Positions 26,396-32,000 of a DNA stretch of 32,000 bases are shown one piece after another. Location: assembly GCA_030149205.1 (NCBI GenBank), contig JASBSB010000008.1, forward strand, positions 91,318-123,317, given 5' to 3'. Made by a program: the position numbers and the translations under genes. Numbering within the stretch: the first letter of the stretch is position 1; every line of letters begins with the position of its first letter. The DNA is from Candidatus Heimdallarchaeota archaeon (GTDB taxonomy: Archaea > Asgardarchaeota > Heimdallarchaeia > Heimdallarchaeales > Kariarchaeaceae). Below the pieces are notes generated by a model that made no database searches, was not told the DNA's origin, and saw only the letters and a list, made by a program, of their open reading frames with translations.

Positions 26396-26917
26396 ATGAA
26401 TAATATCGACACAGAGTCAAGAGTGGTCGTATTTAAGATGAGTGAGGTTCTTAGGATAAATTCTAATTTAAGTGAAAAACCCGATAACAATAAAATTGAG
26501 CTTCAAGGTAAAATTACATTAGGATTTCAGTTTTGCCGAAGCGCTATCGGTATCTTCCATCTTGAAGAAAAGAAATTTCTCTCCAGATTAGATATTTTTT
26601 TCTCAAATAAGGGAAAAGCACTAGTTAACAGACCAACACATAGAAAATGGGCAAATCCAAATTTTGAATTGCAAAGGTATGAAAGATTATCAGAGAGAAA
26701 AATTTCAGGCCCACACAAAAACATATATTTCCCTTCAAAAAATAAATCAGAGATACTAGGTTATGCCTATATCCCAAAAGATTTAGAGTTATTCTCTTTT
26801 CAGGGGGTAATCCGATCTCTAATGGAAGAATGGAACATTAAAGTCAGAAATCAAAATACTCTAGACTTTAATCCCTTCAATTTTCTGAACCTTCTCCAAG
26901 GAGAAAATTTACTATGA
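26396..26917 (+). CDS. Small DUF6978-like protein (RxD...H..NP...GPH motif)
   Basis: FLSRLDIF, RPTHRKWANP, ISGPHKNIY, YAYIP and WNI resemble the small partner usually found upstream of DUF1828 genes (recognised from memory). ATGA overlap with the next gene. Confidence 0.6.
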   Translation: MNNIDTESRVVVFKMSEVLRINSNLSEKPDNNKIELQGKITLGFQFCRSAIGIFHLEEKKFLSRLDIFFSNKGKALVNRPTHRKWANPNFELQRYERLSERKISGPHKNIYFPSKNKSEILGYAYIPKDLELFSFQGVIRSLMEEWNIKVRNQNTLDFNPFNFLNLLQGENLL

Positions 26918-27882
26918 TTGATGAAATTAAACAACATTTAGTTCAAGACTTTTCAAAGTCACTGGAAATTGAGCAGCTAAATGATGGTTTTCTCGTAACA
27001 ATTCCATTAGAAGATGTTTTTGGGTCATTTTTTATAGTCAAAGTTTATAAGAATAACAAAGGACAGTTCCGGATCACAGATTTAGGTGAAACCATCAGCA
27101 TTTTGGATTCACATTACATAAAAAAACCAGATGATATGTATTTTAAATCTCTTAAAGAAAGATATGGTGTAGATCTAATTTCAGGAAGCTTAGTCTCAGC
27201 TTCGGAAGAAAATTTATATGAATCCATTCTCAATTTGTATTTTGCCTCATTTGAGCTTCAAAATTTGATTTTCATCAAAAATGATGATAATTCAAAAAAA
27301 GATGAATTTTTAGAATTAACTGACAAAACGTTATTCCAAAAATTTCCTAAATACCAAAAATATAGGAATATAAAATTCCAATCTCCAGAAACGATGGTTT
27401 TTTATTCATTTCATTTCTTTGTTCAAGGCATGTTTATTGACGCATTATCCACTGATACAAATGAAGACGCTAGACAAATATTAAAATTGGAGACAGTTAA
27501 AGCCGCAGACTTAAAAATTTCAATAAATAAAGGATTTTATGCAGAATACGAAAGTGATGATAATAACAAAAATCCTAAGAAAGACCCAGCGAAACCAATA
27601 TTAAGAATCGAAACTTCCAAAATAGATAATTCAACTGTAATTACAAAATATTACTCAGATCAAAACTCTTCAATTCGTGAAAGAGATTTTTACCTTAGAG
27701 ATAAACATAAACTTGTTGATTTCACTCAAACAAACCTTATTGTTATCCTTGATGACAGAAAAAATATTGATTGGGATACAGACTTGATTAAAAAACTCAG
27801 TGAATATTCACATGTATACAAATGGAGACAAGATCAGAAAAAACTCAAAGAAAAATTGATGAATAAAAAGAGAGAAGCTTAG
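26914..27882 (+). CDS. DUF1828/DUF1829-like protein (restriction-endonuclease-like C-terminal domain)
   Basis: N-terminal VTIPLEDVFG...FRITDLGETI, and C-terminal YSFHFFV...FIDALS, LIVILDD and LSEYSHVYKW. AT-rich. Confidence 0.68.
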   Translation: MIDEIKQHLVQDFSKSLEIEQLNDGFLVTIPLEDVFGSFFIVKVYKNNKGQFRITDLGETISILDSHYIKKPDDMYFKSLKERYGVDLISGSLVSASEENLYESILNLYFASFELQNLIFIKNDDNSKKDEFLELTDKTLFQKFPKYQKYRNIKFQSPETMVFYSFHFFVQGMFIDALSTDTNEDARQILKLETVKAADLKISINKGFYAEYESDDNNKNPKKDPAKPILRIETSKIDNSTVITKYYSDQNSSIRERDFYLRDKHKLVDFTQTNLIVILDDRKNIDWDTDLIKKLSEYSHVYKWRQDQKKLKEKLMNKKREA

Positions 27883-27919
27883 AATTCAATCTCATTTGAA
27901 AACTCTGAGGTAACAAAAG

Positions 27920-27947
27920 ATTTCGCTTAACCCGAGTTATGCGACAA
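27920..27947. other. dif-like (Xer-type) recombination site candidate, 11-6-11 architecture
   Basis: ATTTCGCTTAA-CCCGAG-TTATGCGACAA, with inner TAA/TTA and near-symmetric arms (TCGCTTAA / TTATGCGA). Confidence 0.5.
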
Positions 27948-28162
27948 ATCCAATCCAACTATTACAGGTTTTGAAACAACAGGAACAATTAAAGGAGCCT
28001 GACCTTCAAAGTCAAAGTCTATGAGATTAATAAGTAAATTAAAGGAGTTATTTCTTAGCAATCACAGAGTAAGAGGTTTTTATAAGACAAAGAATAAAGT
28101 GAGAAAAAAATTAATCAGATGCCATAAATCTTATATTTTGTAGTTTAAATTTTTTATTAACC

Positions 28163-29020
28163 TTGAATACAATACTAAAGAAGGATAACAAAATAGATTA
28201 TTGGGGGAAATCTGCACTTAGGGTATTGTTTGTAGCGATGGTACTTGTTGGTATATTATTTCACGCTTATTTACTATATGTCGGTCCAGTACTGGAAATG
28301 CTCACACGATCAATTTTTGCCTTCTTAGGAGCTGTAGCGATCATATTTTTGCTCATACTTATTTATCGCAGGTTTATTTTTCCTAAGACCTATGTCAGGA
28401 AGTACATAAGTGAAGTGTTTAATTTTTTAATGTTAATTCCCTTGTTGAACTTAGTATTGGTTGATACACAAAACACAATACTCAGCTTTCTCAATCTCCT
28501 ATTTATTGATTTGATTATCTTTTTCTTCATGCTCAATGAGCAGCAATTTTTAAGATTCCAGACCATTGTGGCTCTCGAAAAAAATAAACTGCTCCTTCAA
28601 TACAAATTTAAATTATTCAAATCCTTCGACTATGATTACCAACTTGACAAACAGAGTGTGTTTTTTGGGCTCACTAAAACAACCAAACTCTCTTGGGTAA
28701 AAGGAAAACGGGAGACATTGATCTCTCTTAGGGATGTTGAGTCACACTATCCAAATACAGAGTTAAACCTTTACCTCTATTCTTATAATTCAAAGGAAAA
28801 GGTGCTTTCAAGATATGTGCTACTATTGGATGTAAATTACATGATTGTGGAACAGTGGCTTACACAATTTGAGGAGAATCAGGTCAACATAAACTGGTAT
28901 TCAGATGGCTCTAGGACTCGAAGAACAGATGAGCTTATTCAAGTCAGGGCACTCAGATTCCCCCCAAAGGCTTTAAGAGATAATTCATTGTTAAGGCAAG
29001 CTGTGGAATCTGAATCTTAA
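28163..29020 (+). CDS. Hypothetical membrane protein (about 4 N-terminal TM segments plus a soluble domain)
   Basis: Four hydrophobic stretches in the first ~125 aa, a TTG start, and CTTATATT at -33..-26. Confidence 0.7.
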   Translation: MNTILKKDNKIDYWGKSALRVLFVAMVLVGILFHAYLLYVGPVLEMLTRSIFAFLGAVAIIFLLILIYRRFIFPKTYVRKYISEVFNFLMLIPLLNLVLVDTQNTILSFLNLLFIDLIIFFFMLNEQQFLRFQTIVALEKNKLLLQYKFKLFKSFDYDYQLDKQSVFFGLTKTTKLSWVKGKRETLISLRDVESHYPNTELNLYLYSYNSKEKVLSRYVLLLDVNYMIVEQWLTQFEENQVNINWYSDGSRTRRTDELIQVRALRFPPKALRDNSLLRQAVESES

Positions 29021-29194
29021 ATTGATAGGTAAGTAAAACAAATCTACAAAGATTAGACTAACCAAATAATATAAAGCTTCAAACTATCAATGTATTCAAG
29101 TTACAGAATAGATTCCTTTAGGCTTACAGCTAGGAAAATATACCAGACACTCTTCTGTGAAAGAACACATGAACTATTGCTGAAATCAAGTTGT

Positions 29195-29362
29195 TTATTC
29201 ATTTTTCTCATTATCCCCAAACACTTCATCTTCAATTTCCTCGATGCTCATATGCTTAATCATCTTAAAATAGACTCCATATGCATCTGAAAGAGAGAAA
29301 TCTGGATTTTTATTCTGGATTGCGATAAGCAGGTTTTTCATTCGATCTGCATCCTCTGACAT
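29195..29362 (-). CDS. Small acidic hypothetical protein (55 aa), not in the ORF track
   Basis: Manually translated as MSEDADRMKNLLIAIQNKNPDFSLSDAYGVYFKMIKHMSIEEIEDEVFGDNEKNE. It has amphipathic helical composition and is below the track's length cut-off. Confidence 0.45.
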   Translation of the reverse strand: MSEDADRMKNLLIAIQNKNPDFSLSDAYGVYFKMIKHMSIEEIEDEVFGDNEKNE

Positions 29363-29471
29363 TTCTATATTTTATTCAAGTTGAAACCACATAAATGAAT
29401 TGCGGTCAAATTTTCCCTTGTTTACATCCTAATACAGGTATTTTGAACAATGCAGGAGAGATATTGGTGAA

Positions 29472-31964
29472 GCTTCCAGACCATAAAGGTACTTCTTAGA
29501 CGATGATTAAAACAATGAGTAATATAAGATATTTGGTTTCCAGACCATAAAGGTACTTCTTAGACCATATCAAGATATGCCCGAAACAACGGAGAAAAGC
29601 TAGTTTCCAGACCATAAAGGTACTTCTTAGACTAGTCAAGTCCCTAAAATACTAGCTCAAAATAGCTTGTTTCCAGACCATAAAGGTACTTCTTAGACAC
29701 AAATCCCATATCCTTCTTAAACTGCTGTATCTCAGTTTCCAGACCATAAAGGTACTTCTTAGACTCGGTTGTTCCCAAATTTGCGTTTAGGTCAACGTAG
29801 TTTCCAGACCATAAAGGTACTTCTTAGACTAAGGGTTTACATCTTAAACTAGATCAAAAAACCCCGTTTCCAGACCATAAAGGTACTTCTTAGACGAACT
29901 GTTTTGGGTACTGCTATCTTCTGGTGGGATAAGTTTCCAGACCATAAAGGTACTTCTTAGACCGTGATACCTAGATTAGCGTTGAGATCAAGAACTATAG
30001 GTTTCCAGACCATAAAGGTACTTCTTAGACTAGTTGCCATTTTGTCTTTTTCACCTCTTTTGAACCGTTTCCAGACCATAAAGGTACTTCTTAGACGATG
30101 TTTCCTTTTTCGGTTACACCGAGATTCGCGCTGTTTCCAGACCATAAAGGTACTTCTTAGACTCTTTGTATTCTTTCGATCTGGTTAACCTTATCTACGT
30201 TTCCAGACCATAAAGGTACTTCTTAGACCGGAGGTGAAAACTGAAAAATGAGACAATATACCACGTTTCCAGACCATAAAGGTACTTCTTAGACACAATG
30301 CTGCCAACGCAACTGTGGATATCAACTATACGTTTCCAGACCATAAAGGTACTTCTTAGACTTATGTCCTCACTATTTATCTGTTAGTTATAGATCTGTT
30401 TCCAGACCATAAAGGTACTTCTTAGACTTAGATTCTTCTGGTTAATTATTGCAACGGTGTTATTGTTTCCAGACCATAAAGGTACTTCTTAGACTTTCTC
30501 GTGTTCTTTTTTTAGCTCTATAATCTCTTTTTTAGGTTTCCAGACCATAAAGGTACTTCTTAGACTCCAAAGTATACCCGATATTTCTGCTCAAATCATT
30601 GTTGTTTCCAGACCATAAAGGTACTTCTTAGACTTGCAACTTGTGGAGCTTTTGGCTTGATATCTAGTGTTTCCAGACCATAAAGGTACTTCTTAGACTA
30701 CCTTACCTGGTAAAAATCCAATCTTGCATATATTCCGTTTCCAGACCATAAAGGTACTTCTTAGACTTTGGTTGAGATATACAGAAAGTGCCTCAGAATT
30801 TAGTTTCCAGACCATAAAGGTACTTCTTAGACGTGTCTACTGTCAGGTTCTTTCCGGTTCCGAAGGCATTGTTTCCAGACCATAAAGGTACTTCTTAGAC
30901 CTTTTTAAATCTGTCTTTGTCTCTTTTTGTAGCATGTTTCCAGACCATAAAGGTACTTCTTAGACTTGGAATAACAAAATGCTTACTAAGAGGAAACCAG
31001 TTTCCAGACCATAAAGGTACTTCTTAGACTTCAAGATATTTGTTCTGTTGTTCAAGGGTTATGATGTTTCCAGACCATAAAGGTACTTCTTAGACTCCAA
31101 AGTATACCCGATATTTCTGCTCAAATCATTGTTGTTTCCAGACCATAAAGGTACTTCTTAGACTATCAAGTTTAATGATAGTAGTGTGGTTGTACATGCA
31201 AAGTTTCCAGACCATAAAGGTACTTCTTAGACGGGCAAGATTACACGGGTTAAACTTAAGTGAATATCGTTTCCAGACCATAAAGGTACTTCTTAGACTT
31301 TAGAATTTTTTCCCTGCTGGAAATATCCTCATCAAGTTTCCAGACCATAAAGGTACTTCTTAGACCAAACATCAAACCAATACCTCCAATAGAAGAGGAA
31401 CAGTTTCCAGACCATAAAGGTACTTCTTAGACTAAATTAAACCTATGGGAATTCTAATTCAGTATGATGTTTCCAGACCATAAAGGTACTTCTTAGACCG
31501 TTTTAATATTTACTTATAGTGAGCTTTCCTTTTTGTTTCCAGACCATAAAGGTACTTCTTAGACTGGAGCCTACGCCCCTTAGATCCTTGTTCGTAGACA
31601 GTTTCCAGACCATAAAGGTACTTCTTAGACTTTCGAATTTTAATTCCTCATATTCGGTTCCTCGAAGTAGTTTCCAGACCATAAAGGTACTTCTTAGACA
31701 AGAGGAACAAGATATACAAATAGACCACTCATTATAGTTTCCAGACCATAAAGGTACTTCTTAGACCCGATATCGGCAAGGATACATATATTACTGATCC
31801 AGCGTTTCCAGACCATAAAGGTACTTCTTAGACTTACAACAGCGCACCTTTTACAGTTACAAGCACAATGTTTCCAGACCATAAAGGTACTTCTTAGACG
31901 CACGATTCTAAGCATTTTGCGGTTGACCTATGTGGTTTCCAGACCATAAAGGTACTTCTTAGAC
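29472..31964 (-). CRISPR. CRISPR array: 38 repeats of 30 nt and 37 complete spacers (34-41 nt), continuing past the window edge
   Basis: Plus-strand repeat GTTTCCAGACCATAAAGGTACTTCTTAGAC (minus: GTCTAAGAAGTACCTTTATGGTCTGGAAAC). Only the leftmost repeat (29472) differs (GCTTCC...). A further 36 nt of spacer runs to 32000. No cas genes in the window. Confidence 0.98.
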
Positions 31965-32000
31965 CTTTCTGAAGAAGCACCCCAGAATATGTTGCAGATA

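Noticed and set aside
27919-27950. Canonical integron attC site
   Set aside because: It has R''- and R'-like boxes and a bulged stem, but only 4 nt between them, no L boxes, no second attC and no intI in the window. It is kept only as a dif-like candidate.
27950-28020. Weak peptide similarity (QLKEPDL vs QLKDRDL) to ORF 13880..14170, suggesting a dispersed repeat
   Set aside because: The similarity does not extend beyond about 7 codons.
29090-29290. ORF 29090..29290 (+) and ORFs 26281..26490 and 26527..26724 (-)
   Set aside because: No motifs, and they overlap better candidates on the opposite strand.
29380-29409. GTTGAAACCACATAAATGAATTGCGGTCAA as a degenerate extra CRISPR repeat
   Set aside because: Only 15/30 identity, and 92 nt from the first repeat, out of the ~66-nt register.
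29502-31065. Possible overlap between spacer 1 and spacer 24 (shared AAGATATTTG)
   Set aside because: The flanking bases disagree (TAT vs TTC), so the spacers do not tile.
29957-31915. ORFs inside the CRISPR array with repeated FQTIKVLLR or LRSTFMVWK
   Set aside because: They are artefacts of translating the 30-nt repeat.

Overview
This window most likely comes from an archaeon, and Asgard/Heimdallarchaeia is plausible (inference). The evidence is TATA-like boxes about 23-36 nt upstream of first-gene start codons, GGAGG motifs before internal genes, an archaeal pilin-type class III signal peptide, and dense N-x-S/T sequons in exported proteins. From left to right it contains: a partial hypothetical gene, a WD40-like gene, a family III CoA-transferase and an atypical ParA/MinD ATPase; then a complete, tightly coupled bacterial-type protoporphyrin-dependent heme operon on the minus strand (hemH-hemA-hemC/D fusion-hemB-hemL-hemE-hemN-hemY). 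Next are a membrane-anchored beta-propeller, a PLP aminotransferase and a three-gene surface operon in which a 1011-aa pilin-like protein with about 10 tandem beta-sandwich domains sits between two membrane-anchored Ig-like proteins. After that come a peroxiredoxin-VIT1 pair and a wHTH regulator divergent from a MerB-like lyase (Cys-rich tail) plus a frameshifted DinB gene, with a perfect palindromic operator between them. An AT-rich DUF6978-like/DUF1828-DUF1829-like gene pair is followed by a 28-bp dif-like site, a membrane protein and a small unannotated ORF. The window ends in a CRISPR array (38 repeats of 30 nt, running off the right edge) with no cas genes in view. The best candidates for undescribed systems are the giant repeat pilin operon, the dif-associated two-gene module, and the MerB-like regulon. 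All family assignments come from motif recognition by eye, without database searches.
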